A stretch of 64,000 bases of DNA, taken from the NCBI GenBank assembly GCA_965219445.1, contig CBDCNQ010000004.1, forward strand, positions 32,001 to 96,000. Direction: 5' to 3'. The notes under the pieces were generated by a model. That model was not told the DNA's origin, did no database searches, and saw nothing but the letters and a program-made list of their open reading frames with translations. Made by a program: the position numbers and the translations under genes. Source of the stretch: Longimicrobiales bacterium (GTDB lineage: Bacteria; Gemmatimonadota; Gemmatimonadetes; Longimicrobiales; Gaopeijiaceae). Below, in pieces: positions 37,061 to 47,705 of the stretch; the stretch's first letter is position 1, and each line of letters opens with the position of its first letter.

Positions 37061-38632
37061 CTACCGAGCGAAATCGACGGCGCGGGTCTCACGAATCACC
37101 ACCACCTTGATCTGCCCCGGATATTGGAGCTCACTCTCGATGCGTCGAGCCACGACCTCGGAAATCTGAGCCATCTCCTGGTCCGTCACCTTCTCCGGCT
37201 CGACCATGACGCGGATCTCCCGACCGGCCTGAATGGCAAAGCAACGCTCGACCCCCGGGTGCTCCATCGCCAGCTCTTCGAGCTTTTCGAGCCGCTTGAC
37301 GTACCCCTCGAACATCTCTCGGCGCGCGCCCGGACGTGAGCCCGAGATCGCGTCCGCGGCCGTGACCAGGAAGGTCTCCGGGAAGTGGTGGGGCTCTTCG
37401 TCGTGATGGGCCTTGATGGCGTTGAGCACGATCTCGGTCTCCTTGTGCTTCTTGCAGAGGCGATAACCGAGCTCGACGTGCGTGCCCTCGTGCTCGTGCG
37501 TGAGTCCCTTGCCGACGTCGTGAAGCAGGCCAGCGCGTTTGGTTTGCTGGACGTCGAGACCCATCTCCGCGGCCATGCTCCCGGCCAACCGCGCCACTTC
37601 CTTGGCGTGCTGAAGCTGATTCTGGCCGTAGGAAGTCCGAAACTTCAATCGCCCCAGAGTCTTGACGATCTCTTGGTGCACGTTGTGGATACCGAGTTCG
37701 TACAGCACCTCCTCGGCCGCCTGGATCATGGTCTGCTCAACCTCCTGACGGCTCTTGTCGACCACCTCCTCGATGCGACCCGGATGGATACGGCCATCCT
37801 CGATCAGCCGTCCGAGTGCGATGCGGGCCACCTCTCGGCGTATCGGGCTGAACCCTGAGAGGACCACCGCCTCGGGGGTGTCGTCGATGATGACGTCGAT
37901 CCCGGTGGCTTGCTCGAAGGCGCGGATATTGCGACCCTCCCGGCCAATGATCCGGCCCTTCATTTCGTCCGACGGAAGCTGCACGACCGAAACGGTCATC
38001 TCGGCGGTCTGGTCGGCCGCCATGCGCTGGATGGCCAACCCGAGAATCTTCTTGGCCTCGCGGTCGGCCGTGCGTTGGGCTTCTTCCTTCACTTCTCGGA
38101 GCGTGTTGGCTGCTTCGGCCCGGGCTTCGTCCTGCAGCTCCTCCAGGAGCTCCTTCTTAGCGTCGGCTTGGGACACTCCCGAAACAGATTCGAGTCTCGC
38201 GCGAACCCGCTCCCGCTCCCGCTCCAGATCCAGAGTTTGGGTGGCGAGTTCCGCCGTGCCGGCCTCCAACTCCTTCGCTCGCTTCTCCTGCGCGGACTCC
38301 CGGTCGTTCAGATTGTCGAAGCGGCGGTCGAGGGCGGTCGAGCGCTCCGCAAACCGTTCCAGGGCCTTCTCGATTTCCTCGCGTTGCTTGGCTTCTTCCC
38401 TCTCCCAAGACTCTCGAAGCCGGATGACCTCCTCTTTGCCCTCGAGCACACGAGAGGTCCGGAGGTTGTCCGCCTCTTCCCCGGCACCGGCCAAGATCCT
38501 GGAGGCCTCATCCGCGGCGGCTGCTACAGCTTTTTTTTGACGCGATCGCTCCACCAAACCGCGTCCAACATATGCCACGGCTCCGAAGAGCAACGCCACA
38601 GCCACCGCCAGTCCATCAACCAGCGGATCCAT
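37061..38632 (-). CDS. rny: Ribonuclease Y
   Basis: N-terminal TM, coiled coil, KH (KGRIIGREGRNI), HD. Confidence 0.97.
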   Translation of the reverse strand: MDPLVDGLAVAVALLFGAVAYVGRGLVERSRQKKAVAAAADEASRILAGAGEEADNLRTSRVLEGKEEVIRLRESWEREEAKQREEIEKALERFAERSTALDRRFDNLNDRESAQEKRAKELEAGTAELATQTLDLERERERVRARLESVSGVSQADAKKELLEELQDEARAEAANTLREVKEEAQRTADREAKKILGLAIQRMAADQTAEMTVSVVQLPSDEMKGRIIGREGRNIRAFEQATGIDVIIDDTPEAVVLSGFSPIRREVARIALGRLIEDGRIHPGRIEEVVDKSRQEVEQTMIQAAEEVLYELGIHNVHQEIVKTLGRLKFRTSYGQNQLQHAKEVARLAGSMAAEMGLDVQQTKRAGLLHDVGKGLTHEHEGTHVELGYRLCKKHKETEIVLNAIKAHHDEEPHHFPETFLVTAADAISGSRPGARREMFEGYVKRLEKLEELAMEHPGVERCFAIQAGREIRVMVEPEKVTDQEMAQISEVVARRIESELQYPGQIKVVVIRETRAVDFAR

Positions 38633-38739
38633 TTATCGGCTCCAAAATCGGACACGAAGAACACGCATCCGAACGGTGAGCGTTCGTTGTACCGTGTGAC
38701 AATAGAATTTCGACTCCCGCGGACGCAAGGAGCGCCCGG

Positions 38740-39039
38740 TCAGTCGCCGGAAATCGTGTCCTCTAGGCGGGCCGCGAGCGCATTCACCCGCTCGGCGATC
38801 TGGGAGCCGCTCTGTTCCTGCGTATCCTGCGCCTGAAAAAGCTCATCCGTGATCGAAAGAGCAGCGAGGATGGCCACCTTGTGGCCTTCGAGGAGTCCGA
38901 CCTGCTTCTTGATTTCGTGGAACCGCCGATTCACATACTCGGCGCAGCGCGCCGTGTACTCCGGCTTGGCGCTCGAGCGAATCGTGTGCTCTTCGCCGGC
39001 GATCCTGACGGTCACCGACTCCCTTCCGTCGTCCGTCAC
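38740..39039 (-). CDS. zapA: Cell division protein ZapA
   Basis: VTVRIAGEE..AILAALSITDEL. Confidence 0.92.
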   Translation of the reverse strand: MTDDGRESVTVRIAGEEHTIRSSAKPEYTARCAEYVNRRFHEIKKQVGLLEGHKVAILAALSITDELFQAQDTQEQSGSQIAERVNALAARLEDTISGD

Positions 39040-39362
39040 GGCTTCTCCTCCATAAATTTGACTCGCGCCAAGAGTCGGTCCACGCCGGCGCGCCCCTCGT
39101 CGAGGCGGCTTCGAAGTTCGCGATTTTCCTCTTCGAGGCTGTGGAGCTTTTCGAGCATTTCACGTGGACCCTCCGCGCCGGAAGTCACCCCCTTGAGCAG
39201 CCCCTCCAGTGCCTCACTCTCCTGGTGCATCCGGACGACCTCACCCTCGAGCCGCTCGACCCGCTTCAGCGCAGCGTCCACAGCATTTTCCAGCCGTTCG
39301 ACGGCCTGGTCCGGTGACACACCATCCGAAGCGGTTTTCTTCCTAGAGCCGCTGCTCGACAC
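39036..39362 (-). CDS. ZapB-like coiled-coil protein
   Basis: Coiled coil between pheT and zapA. Confidence 0.75.
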   Translation of the reverse strand: MSSSGSRKKTASDGVSPDQAVERLENAVDAALKRVERLEGEVVRMHQESEALEGLLKGVTSGAEGPREMLEKLHSLEEENRELRSRLDEGRAGVDRLLARVKFMEEKP

Positions 39363-41784
39363 CCAGACCCTCCCGGAGACGATTCACGATTTTCTCCACC
39401 ACCCGATCCACTTCCTTGTCCGTCAACGTGCGATCCCACGCCTGCAGCCGAAGACGAAACGCCAACGAGCGATGTCCCTCATCCACGCCTTCTCCCCGGT
39501 AAAGGTCGAACACCGTAACCCGCTCCAGAAGCGCGTCGCCGACCTCCCACATTTCGTCAGACACGGCGGAAGTGGGGACATCATAGGGGACGAGCAGCGC
39601 CAGGTCACGATCCACGCCCGGGAACGGAGAGAGGGGCCGGTAGTGGGGCGTGGTCCCGGCCACCGGTTCAGCCGGAAGCGTCAGCTCCATGGCCCAAACC
39701 TCACCGGCCCAAGCGGGTGCGTCGACTAGCTCGGGCCTGAGCTGCCCCGCGGCTCCCGTCGGGGTGCCGTCTCCAGCCGTCAGGGCAACGGACGTCGAAG
39801 GCACAAAAAACTCCCTGGCCGAATCCACGGCGGAGTCCTCAGCAGCGGGCACCCTCACCGCCGGCTCGTCCCATCTCGACTCCTCGAGAACGGTCTCTGC
39901 GAGGGCCTTCATGCCCGAGAAGTCGACCGCCTCTCCGGATCCGGACCAGTGCTCGGGTTCCCTACGCCCGGTGATTACGAAAGCGACGTGGAGATCCTCC
40001 CGTGGCGGCTCCCCAGCACCGGCCGCGTGGAACACGGTACCGAGCTCGAACAGCCGCACGTCTCTCGCCCCTCGGGCGAAATTGTACTCGACGTTCCGAA
40101 CCAAACCGGGAATGAGATACGTTCGTAACCTACTCTCTTCCATGGAGATAGGATTGCTTATCTCCACTTCTCCTTCATGTTCTGGAGCAAACGCCGGATT
40201 GGTCGCTTCGAACAGCCCTCCGACCGAAAGTACGGTTCGGAGACGGTCTTCGAGTTGGAACAGCGGGTGGTCCTCGACGGTGGTTGGTCGGGCCGCGACG
40301 AGGTCCTCCGGAAAGCGGTCGTATCCGTGCGCCCGCGTGATCTCTTCGATCAGGTCGATCTCGCGTGTCACGTCGTAGCTGCGGAATCCGGGAACGATCA
40401 CGCTCAGGTCGCCGTCACCCCCTGCCTCTCCACCCCCGTTCTGGACCGTGAATCCGAGCGGCGTCAGCAGCGCCCCCAGTTCGGCGTCGTCGAACCGGAC
40501 GCCGAGCACCTGCTCGACCCTGGCCGGCCGAAGTGTTAGCACCGAGGCATTCCAGGGCCGCGGCAGAACCTCCATGATCGGACCATCGACTTCGCCGCCC
40601 GCTATGGCGAGGATGACCTCCAAGGCGCGCTCGACCGCGGGAAGGTGACCCTCCGGATCCACACCCCGCTCGAATCGGTAGCTGGCGTCCGTGGAGATCC
40701 CCAGCGCGCGGCAGGTGCGGCGGATCGACTTCGGCTCGAAGAGGGCACACTCCAGCAGAATGTCGGTGGTGTCGGACGTGACCGAGGAGTGCATGCCACC
40801 CATGATGCCCGCGATATCGTGCGGCACCGCCGTGTCGCCGATCAACAGCATCTCGCTATCGAACTTGTGCTCGAGGCCGTCGAGGGTCTGCATGGTCTCA
40901 CCCTCGGTGGCCCTCCGCACGATCAGGCTGGACCCCTCCAGCTCGCCCAAATCATAGGCGTGCATCGGGTTGCCCATCTCCAGCATGACGAAGTTCGTCG
41001 CGTCGACCACGTTGTTGATGGTTTGCTGGCCAACCGCCCGGAGCCGGGCAACCACCCACTGGGGCGAGGGTCCCACCTTCACGCCGCGAATGATCACGCC
41101 GAGGAACCGATAGCACTGTTCCGGCTCGTCGATGCGGATGGTCACACCCCCGTGGGACACCTCGCGCTCGCCGCTCTTCACCTCCAGGGCGAGCGGGCTC
41201 GCTCCGGGCACTGGCGCGAGAGCCACCCCGGCGACCCCTCCTGGAGCCACCTCCCTCGCAATCCCTACGTGCGAGAGCCAGTCACCCCGATTCGGGGTGA
41301 CCTCCACGTCCATCCGCACATCGTCGAGGCCGAGCGCTTCGATCAGTGATTGGCCCGCTGAGACCTCCCCGGACAAAAGCATGATGCCCGACGAATCCCG
41401 GCCCAACCCGAGCTCCTTCTCCGAACAGAGCATCCCGTTGGAGTACTCGCCTCGAATCTTGGCTCTCTTGAGCTCGAGTCCGCCAGGGAGCGTCGCGCCG
41501 ACGGGCGCGAACGGGTAAAAGCCCCCTGGGTCGACCACCGGAGCGCCACATACGACCTGGACCACCTCCTCGCCGTTGTCGACCTCGCACAACGACAGGC
41601 GATCCGCATTGGGATGGCCCCGCACGGTCTTCACCCTCCCAATGATCACTTCCTCGAGACCGGCGGACACCGGGGTGATCTTCTCGACAGGCGCCCCCAG
41701 AAGGGCGAGGCGTTCCGCCAGCTCGTCGGGGTTCTCGCTCAAACCCGGCGCGAGAGACTTGAGCCAGTCGTAGGAAATGTTCAC
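39343..41784 (-). CDS. pheT: Phenylalanine-tRNA ligase beta subunit
   Basis: HPNADRL, TPNRGD, RFERG, FDX-ACB C-terminus. Confidence 0.97.
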   Translation of the reverse strand: MNISYDWLKSLAPGLSENPDELAERLALLGAPVEKITPVSAGLEEVIIGRVKTVRGHPNADRLSLCEVDNGEEVVQVVCGAPVVDPGGFYPFAPVGATLPGGLELKRAKIRGEYSNGMLCSEKELGLGRDSSGIMLLSGEVSAGQSLIEALGLDDVRMDVEVTPNRGDWLSHVGIAREVAPGGVAGVALAPVPGASPLALEVKSGEREVSHGGVTIRIDEPEQCYRFLGVIIRGVKVGPSPQWVVARLRAVGQQTINNVVDATNFVMLEMGNPMHAYDLGELEGSSLIVRRATEGETMQTLDGLEHKFDSEMLLIGDTAVPHDIAGIMGGMHSSVTSDTTDILLECALFEPKSIRRTCRALGISTDASYRFERGVDPEGHLPAVERALEVILAIAGGEVDGPIMEVLPRPWNASVLTLRPARVEQVLGVRFDDAELGALLTPLGFTVQNGGGEAGGDGDLSVIVPGFRSYDVTREIDLIEEITRAHGYDRFPEDLVAARPTTVEDHPLFQLEDRLRTVLSVGGLFEATNPAFAPEHEGEVEISNPISMEESRLRTYLIPGLVRNVEYNFARGARDVRLFELGTVFHAAGAGEPPREDLHVAFVITGRREPEHWSGSGEAVDFSGMKALAETVLEESRWDEPAVRVPAAEDSAVDSAREFFVPSTSVALTAGDGTPTGAAGQLRPELVDAPAWAGEVWAMELTLPAEPVAGTTPHYRPLSPFPGVDRDLALLVPYDVPTSAVSDEMWEVGDALLERVTVFDLYRGEGVDEGHRSLAFRLRLQAWDRTLTDKEVDRVVEKIVNRLREGLGVEQRL

Positions 41785-42827
41785 GGAGCGCTTCCCGCTG
41801 TGAACTGCGAAAGGAAGCGGACGTCGTTTTGAAAGAAAATGCGGAGGTCGGGCACGCCGTACTTGAGCATGGCGATCCGAGCCGGGCCCATGCCGAAAGC
41901 GAAGCCCGTGTACCGCTCCGAGTCGTAGCCGACGTTATCCAGCACGTTCGGGTCCACCATGCCCGCGCCCATGATCTCGATCCAGTCGGACTCGACTCGG
42001 GTCCCGTCCTTCATGGTGATCATCCGCTTCACGTCGACTTCGGCGCTCGGTTCCGTGAACGGAAAGAACGAGGGCCGAAAGCGCACCTTCGTTCCCGGAC
42101 CCCAGAATCTGCGGGCGAACTCGGCCAGGGTGGCCTTGAAGTCGATGAAGGTGATCCCCTCGTCCACGACCAGCCCCTCGATCTGAGCGAACGCCGGCGT
42201 GTGAGTAGCGTCGTAGCTATCCCTCCGGTAGACCATGCCCGGCGCGAGGATGCGGATGGGCGGCTCGTGCTTTTCCATCGTACGCACCTGCACGGGCGAC
42301 GTGTGGCTCCGAAGCAGAAGCGAGTCCTTCAGATAGAGCGTGTCCTGCTCGTCCGCCGCGGGATGGTCGAGCGGGGTGTTCAATGCCAGGAAGTTGTACC
42401 ACTCGGTGTCCGCCTCCGGGCCACGGGCGCGCACGAATCCCATGGACTTGAAGATGCTCCAGATATCGTCGATGACCCGGTTGACCGGATGGACGCCCCC
42501 CTTCCAGCGGTGCCGCGCGGGAAGCGTCAGATCCTCGGCCCATGCGCCGGCCTGTCCTCCGGAGGGGGCCACCTCGGCTTCTCGAGCCCTCAGAGCCTCT
42601 TGAAGCACCTCCTTGATCCGATTCGCTTCGGCGCCTACGGGCGGTCGCTCATCCGCGGAAAGTTCGCCGAGACCTCTGAGGATGCCGGAGATTCGGCCTT
42701 CCTTGCGGCCGAGAAAGGAAATCCGCAGCGCCTCGAGCGTCTCACCCTCGGGAGCGGCCCGAATCGCGGACAGCGCCTCGGTCTCCAGCTCTTGGAGTGT
42801 TTGGATCAGGGAGTTCTGGTGGCTCAT
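41781..42827 (-). CDS. pheS: Phenylalanine-tRNA ligase alpha subunit
   Basis: HTSPVQ, FPFTEPS, GFAFG. Confidence 0.97.
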   Translation of the reverse strand: MSHQNSLIQTLQELETEALSAIRAAPEGETLEALRISFLGRKEGRISGILRGLGELSADERPPVGAEANRIKEVLQEALRAREAEVAPSGGQAGAWAEDLTLPARHRWKGGVHPVNRVIDDIWSIFKSMGFVRARGPEADTEWYNFLALNTPLDHPAADEQDTLYLKDSLLLRSHTSPVQVRTMEKHEPPIRILAPGMVYRRDSYDATHTPAFAQIEGLVVDEGITFIDFKATLAEFARRFWGPGTKVRFRPSFFPFTEPSAEVDVKRMITMKDGTRVESDWIEIMGAGMVDPNVLDNVGYDSERYTGFAFGMGPARIAMLKYGVPDLRIFFQNDVRFLSQFTAGSAP

Positions 42828-42849
42828 GGACCCCGGTAGACGCCGAGCG

Positions 42850-43212
42850 TTAGCCGACCCCGAGCCCCTCTTTAGCCCGGTCCGCCAACGCGCTGAAGGC
42901 CTCCGGACTATGGACCGCCAAGTCGGCCAAGGCCTTACGGTCCAGCTCCACGCCGGCCTGCTTGAGGCCATTCATGAATTTGGAGTAGGACAACTCGTTC
43001 TCTCTGGCCGCGGCGTTGATCCGCGTGATCCACAGGCGACGGAAGGTGCGCTTCTTTTTCTTCCGGTCCCGATAGGCGTGTTCCCAACCCTTCTCAACGG
43101 CGTCCTTCGCCGTCCGATAGAGATTCTTACGGCCGCCGAAATACCCCTTGGCCGCCTTGAGAATCTTCTTCTTCCGCTTGTTACGAGCGGGCGATGACGT
43201 TGTTCTCGGCAT
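42850..43212 (-). CDS. rplT: 50S ribosomal protein L20
   Basis: [14 protein letters not shown]. Confidence 0.98.
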   Translation of the reverse strand: MPRTTSSPARNKRKKKILKAAKGYFGGRKNLYRTAKDAVEKGWEHAYRDRKKKKRTFRRLWITRINAAARENELSYSKFMNGLKQAGVELDRKALADLAVHSPEAFSALADRAKEGLGVG

Positions 43213-43230
43213 CGAGGTATCTCCTTTCGC

Positions 43231-43428
43231 CTACGACCCTGGGAGGAGTCGCTTCATGCGCCCCATGTCCGCCGGACTCACCAGCGTCGCCGAGCGCAAA
43301 CGGCGCTTTCGCTTCGTGGATTTCTTGGTGAGGATGTGGCTCTTGTACGCCCGCATCCTCTTGATTTTCCCCTTACCGGTCCTGCGCAGACGCTTCGCCG
43401 CGCCCCGGTTGGTTTTCATCTTCGGCAT
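43231..43428 (-). CDS. rpmI: 50S ribosomal protein L35
   Basis: MPKMKT..AAKR..HILTKK. Confidence 0.98.
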   Translation of the reverse strand: MPKMKTNRGAAKRLRRTGKGKIKRMRAYKSHILTKKSTKRKRRLRSATLVSPADMGRMKRLLPGS

Positions 43429-43467
43429 ATCTAGTACTCCTGGGCCCCGTAGGGCCCTTGGCTACGT

Positions 43468-43980
43468 CTACTTTATCGGCGCGAGAACCATCGACATCAC
43501 CCGGCCTTCGAAGCTCGGGCGGGATTCGACTATGCCCACTTCCTTGAGATCCTCCGTGACCCGGAGGAGCACGTCCCGTCCCAACTCGGGGTGCGTCACC
43601 TGCCTTCCCCGAAACATCATGGTCAACTTGACCTTGTTTCCCTCTTCCAGGAATTTACGGGCGTGGCGGGTCTTGAAGTCGTAATCGTGCTCCTCGATCC
43701 CGGGGCGAAACTTCACCTCTTTGACCTGAACGTGGTGTTGCTTCTTCTTCGCCTCCCGAGCTGCCCGCTGCGCCTCGTACTTGAACTTCCCGTAGTCCAT
43801 GAGCTTGACGACGGGCGGACGAGCTTCAGGGGCCACCTCTACGAGATCCAGCCCCCGGTCGTCGGCTAGGTCGCGGGCCTCTTCGATCGAGACGATACCG
43901 ACCTGCCCACCCTCGTCGTCGATCAGACGAACCGGGCTGATCCGTATCTGCTCATTTATGCGAATCCTTTCCGTGCTAAT
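43468..43980 (-). CDS. infC: Translation initiation factor IF-3 (ATT start)
   Basis: GGAGAGG RBS, then ATT AGC ACG..RINEQIR; MDYGKFKY. Confidence 0.95.
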   Translation of the reverse strand: MSTERIRINEQIRISPVRLIDDEGGQVGIVSIEEARDLADDRGLDLVEVAPEARPPVVKLMDYGKFKYEAQRAAREAKKKQHHVQVKEVKFRPGIEEHDYDFKTRHARKFLEEGNKVKLTMMFRGRQVTHPELGRDVLLRVTEDLKEVGIVESRPSFEGRVMSMVLAPIK

Positions 43981-44040
43981 ATTCCTCTCCTTTTACGAGT
44001 TGCACCAAACGCTACCTCCTGACTTCTGGCATCTATTCAC

Positions 44041-44212
44041 AAAAAAACCCGGATCTCTCCGGGTCACGAGGGCATGGAAGCCGCAGTCGATGCCTACAGG
44101 CCTCCGTGTCCTGGACCCGGCGGTTTCCAACGTCGGCGTGGAACCGAAAGGTGGAGCCGTGTTTGTGTCGGCTCGCTTCCGTCTTGTCTGGCCCCATACT
44201 CCGGGGTCTAGG
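44041..44212 (-). promoter_or_regulatory. Structured infC leader with terminator (L20-leader-like)
   Basis: Several stems ending in ACCCGGA-GAGA-TCCGGGT plus a T run; TTGACG at 44241-44236. Confidence 0.55.
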
Positions 44213-44330
44213 AAAATCGGCGGGATGCGAGCTTCCGTCAAGATATTGACTGCGTCCAGTTGAGGACTCTTCGGTCCGTAGGCGCGTGGGGGCTCCTTCC
44301 TACGGCGCGGACCGTTGAGGCATCGAGCCA

Positions 44331-44373
44331 ACGATCACCACGCCTTCCGCGAAGACGCGAAGTAGGGGGATCT
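44331..44373 (-). repeat. 43-bp dispersed repeat / gene-start remnant, copy 2
   Basis: Encodes IPLLRVFAEGVVIV; in frame with a TTG overlapping the kinase stop. Confidence 0.75.
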
Positions 44374-44379
44374 GAGCCT

Positions 44380-47028
44380 TCAATTGGGCACCAGGCGTTT
44401 CAGCTCCTCGAAGAAGTTGAGGACCAGGACGTATCGGCTCTCCCCTTCTACTCCCAGAGGAGGGCCACCAATGGCCAGGATGCGCTGGTCGTTGGGTGCG
44501 AGGTCCCATTCAGGGTGCGCTAACGCTCCGTTATACCCCCGCCAATCGAAGAGTTCTTCCCGTGACTCCACTGTGAATGCGGGGTCCGTTCGGAACGAGG
44601 CCACGGTCAAGGACCGGGGATTCGCTGCCAGGTAGAAGATCTCCTGCCCACCGTGTGCCCACACGGGATTGCGTCCACCGTCCGTGGAGATCTGTTGTCG
44701 CCCGCCGGGGCCGGGGAAGGGCCGGACGTAGATCTCGGGTTGGCCGGATTCGTCGGACACATACGCCAGCCAGCGTCCGTCCGGTGACAGCGATGGATTC
44801 AGCTCTGTGGCTGGAGTCTCCAAGATCACGGTAGCCGCGCTATCCAAGTCGGGAGCCGCTTGCCATAGGTCCAGGTTATCGTTCGCGAGGAAACTACCCC
44901 GACGGTACACGAGCCGTCTCCCGTCGGGGGTCCAGCTGCCCTCGGTTGAGGCAACGTCCGGATCAGCGAATAGGAGTCGCGTTTCACCGCTCAAATCCGC
45001 CGGGCGAGCGTAGAGCACAGAGAAGCCATAATCACGATCGGAGGAGAAACCGACTTCCCTGCCGTCCGGACTCCAGAAGGGGTAGCGATTGAAGGCTCCT
45101 TCAAACGTGCGCCGGGAGAACGTCTGCTGATCGAGATCGTAGACCCAAATGTCCTGGTTGCCGTCTCCGGGACTGTTGTACTCGAGCGCGATCTTCCTCC
45201 CGTCGGGAGAAACGGCCGGGGCTCCGAACGTCCCCGACAGCGCGGGGTCCAGAGCCTCCTCCGGCCCATCTCGGCTCAGCCATACCGGGGCACGCGACCC
45301 TGCCGTGGACCCACCCTCGGCATATAGCAGCGTTCCGTCAGCTGCGAGATGCATGTCCGCCGTCGGCCCCGTCGTACGCACGCCTTCGAAGAGCGGAATC
45401 GCGCTGCCGCTCAACTCGAGCGCATCGAGGTCGAAGGGCAAGGCAAAGAGCGCCCCGTCCTCACGGACATAGACCACGTGGCCCGTCGGCGTGTACCAAG
45501 CCCTTACGACCTCCTCCAGGATCACCTCGGAGGACAGGTCCCGCAGATCCACGACGTGAAGCGCATTGTCGGTCGTGACCACGAGCGCACCCCGAGCGTC
45601 GGGAAGGCCGTGTACCCAAAAAACCCTGAGATTCGGCTCGAAGACCACGAGGGGCTCCCCTCCGTCTTCGGGAATCTGCACGATCGTGATCGGGTTCACT
45701 GGCTCGTAGAGGATCGTCCCATCGTCGAGCCAAGTCAGGCCGACGCGGAGGGGGGCCGATTCCACATCCTCCGCCAGTCTCACCGGAGAGCCCCCCACCA
45801 GGGGCCGCTTGAAGACCTCCGAGCCTACGGCATAAGCGATCCACTGGCCGTCAGGAGAGTAGACGGGATTCCGCCCGCCTTCGGTTCCCGGGATCGGCGT
45901 GATCTCGGTCGAGTTCCGCATCTTGAGAGCCAATTGATCATCGACCGGAAGAATCATGCTCGATCCGTCGGGGGCGAGCGCCGCATACTCCCCGAACCTT
46001 GGTCCATCCAGGCCGGCCCAGCCTTCTGCGCTCAAGACCTGGCGCGAGACCGGCTCGGGTGGCTCGGGCCGGAGGAGCGACCAGCCGAAGCCGAGCCCGA
46101 ACAAACCAGCGAGAACGGCGAAGCCGACCGTAAGCCGCTTCCACGGCCCCACGGCCGCCGTGACTTCTGCCACGGCCACTTCCCCGTGCCGGAATCCCGG
46201 ATCCTCCAGCGCCCTCGCGAACTCCTGGACCGAGCCGAACCGGTCCGCCGGTAGCTTCTCGATCGCACGACGGATGGCTGCGTCCACGTTCGACGGGACC
46301 TGGGAACGATGCTCCCGCGCCGATACCGGCTTGCCCGCGATGATCTTGCCGAGCACAGCCTGGGTGGTCGTGCCGGGATAGGGCGGCTCACCCACGAGCA
46401 TCTCGTAGAGCACCGAGCCGAGTGCGTACGTGTCGGTCGATGATCCTACCGGCTGATCTCCGGTCGCCTGCTCGGGGCTCATGTAGTAGGGCGTGCCCAA
46501 GCTGAGGCCGGTCTCCGTGAGTCGGTCGCCTCCGCCGGCACCCACAGCCAGGGCGATTCCGAAGTCCGAGACCATGGGCTCCCCGTCGTGGATCAGGATA
46601 TTGGCGGGCTTGATGTCGCGATGGATGACCTTGTGGCGATGGGCGTAGTCGAGCGCGTTGGCCACGGCTGTAGCAATACCAACAGCCTCGTCCACGGGAA
46701 GCTGCTTCTCGCGTTTGATCCTATCCTGAAGGGTCTCGCCTTCCAGGTAGGGCATGACGTAGAAAAGGAAGCCGTCCGCCTCGCCGGAATCGTGGAGCGG
46801 CAGGATGTGCGGATGCGTGAGGTTGGCCGTGGTTTCGATCTCGGCCAAGAAACGCTCGGCACCGACCACGGCAGCGAGTTCCGGCTTCAGAACTTTGAGC
46901 GCCACCTTGCGGTTGTGCTTGAGGTCGTCGGCCAGGTAGACCGTGGCCATGCCGCCCTCACCGAGTTCACGCTCGATGGCGTAGCGGCCTTCGAGAGCCG
47001 CGTTGAGGCGGGAGACGGCATCGGACAT
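44380..47028 (-). CDS. Ser/Thr protein kinase with TM and TolB/PD40-like propellers
   Basis: LGEGGMATV, VALK, HRDIKPAN, DFG, MSPEQ; repeated SPDG. Confidence 0.95.
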   Translation of the reverse strand: MSDAVSRLNAALEGRYAIERELGEGGMATVYLADDLKHNRKVALKVLKPELAAVVGAERFLAEIETTANLTHPHILPLHDSGEADGFLFYVMPYLEGETLQDRIKREKQLPVDEAVGIATAVANALDYAHRHKVIHRDIKPANILIHDGEPMVSDFGIALAVGAGGGDRLTETGLSLGTPYYMSPEQATGDQPVGSSTDTYALGSVLYEMLVGEPPYPGTTTQAVLGKIIAGKPVSAREHRSQVPSNVDAAIRRAIEKLPADRFGSVQEFARALEDPGFRHGEVAVAEVTAAVGPWKRLTVGFAVLAGLFGLGFGWSLLRPEPPEPVSRQVLSAEGWAGLDGPRFGEYAALAPDGSSMILPVDDQLALKMRNSTEITPIPGTEGGRNPVYSPDGQWIAYAVGSEVFKRPLVGGSPVRLAEDVESAPLRVGLTWLDDGTILYEPVNPITIVQIPEDGGEPLVVFEPNLRVFWVHGLPDARGALVVTTDNALHVVDLRDLSSEVILEEVVRAWYTPTGHVVYVREDGALFALPFDLDALELSGSAIPLFEGVRTTGPTADMHLAADGTLLYAEGGSTAGSRAPVWLSRDGPEEALDPALSGTFGAPAVSPDGRKIALEYNSPGDGNQDIWVYDLDQQTFSRRTFEGAFNRYPFWSPDGREVGFSSDRDYGFSVLYARPADLSGETRLLFADPDVASTEGSWTPDGRRLVYRRGSFLANDNLDLWQAAPDLDSAATVILETPATELNPSLSPDGRWLAYVSDESGQPEIYVRPFPGPGGRQQISTDGGRNPVWAHGGQEIFYLAANPRSLTVASFRTDPAFTVESREELFDWRGYNGALAHPEWDLAPNDQRILAIGGPPLGVEGESRYVLVLNFFEELKRLVPN

Positions 47029-47150
47029 GGCGGTCAATATGCGTCCAATCTGTGCAAAGCTGCAAGGATCTGGAAGACTGGAAGCCTTTCTGGAATCTCT
47101 AGGGGAGGGTAGTTTCGCCACCCTGTCTCCAACCACCGGAGGTGAATTCT

Positions 47151-47663
47151 ATGACTCGAATCATTGAGGCCCTTCTCAGCGACTATGAGCGAGGAGCGAT
47201 CAACCGAAGAGAGTTGGTGAAGGCTCTTGCCTTGGGAGTTCTTCCGGCTGGGCTGGCGAGCCGCCCGGGAGTGTCTCGACGGCGGCCTGAGAGCCCCCAG
47301 CAGGCGGGAGTGCTGCGGGGAATCAACATAAATCACGTCAACCTGCAGAACTCCGACCTCGACAGGTCGGTCGACTTCTACCGAGAGCTCTTCAGCCTGC
47401 CCCCGAAGAGGGAGGTGCCCGGGCGCCCCTACGCGCTGGATCTCGCGGACGGGTTATCCTTTCTGAGTGTCCCTCAACGCGAGCCGAGCGGGGACATCGA
47501 TCACTTCTGCGTGGGGGTGGAGGACTTCGAGCCCGATCGCGTAGCGGCCGCAATACGCGAGGCCGGGCTGGACAACGATCTCCGTGTCGGCAGTGACAAC
47601 GTGTCCGTGCGCGACCCGGAGGGGATAAGGGTCCAGATCTCGTGGCCGGATTGGGATGGATAG
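47151..47663 (+). CDS. VOC/glyoxalase family protein with Tat-like signal
   Basis: NRRELVKAL; INHVNL..SVDFY; IDHFC; DPEG. Confidence 0.88.
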   Translation: MTRIIEALLSDYERGAINRRELVKALALGVLPAGLASRPGVSRRRPESPQQAGVLRGININHVNLQNSDLDRSVDFYRELFSLPPKREVPGRPYALDLADGLSFLSVPQREPSGDIDHFCVGVEDFEPDRVAAAIREAGLDNDLRVGSDNVSVRDPEGIRVQISWPDWDG

Positions 47664-47705
47664 CAGGACGAATGGTGGCCTAGCAAGCGAAAGGACGTTC
47701 GGAGT

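Noticed and set aside
38633..38739. 6S RNA expected between zapA and rny
   Set aside because: Gap is only 107 nt and no long closing stem is visible
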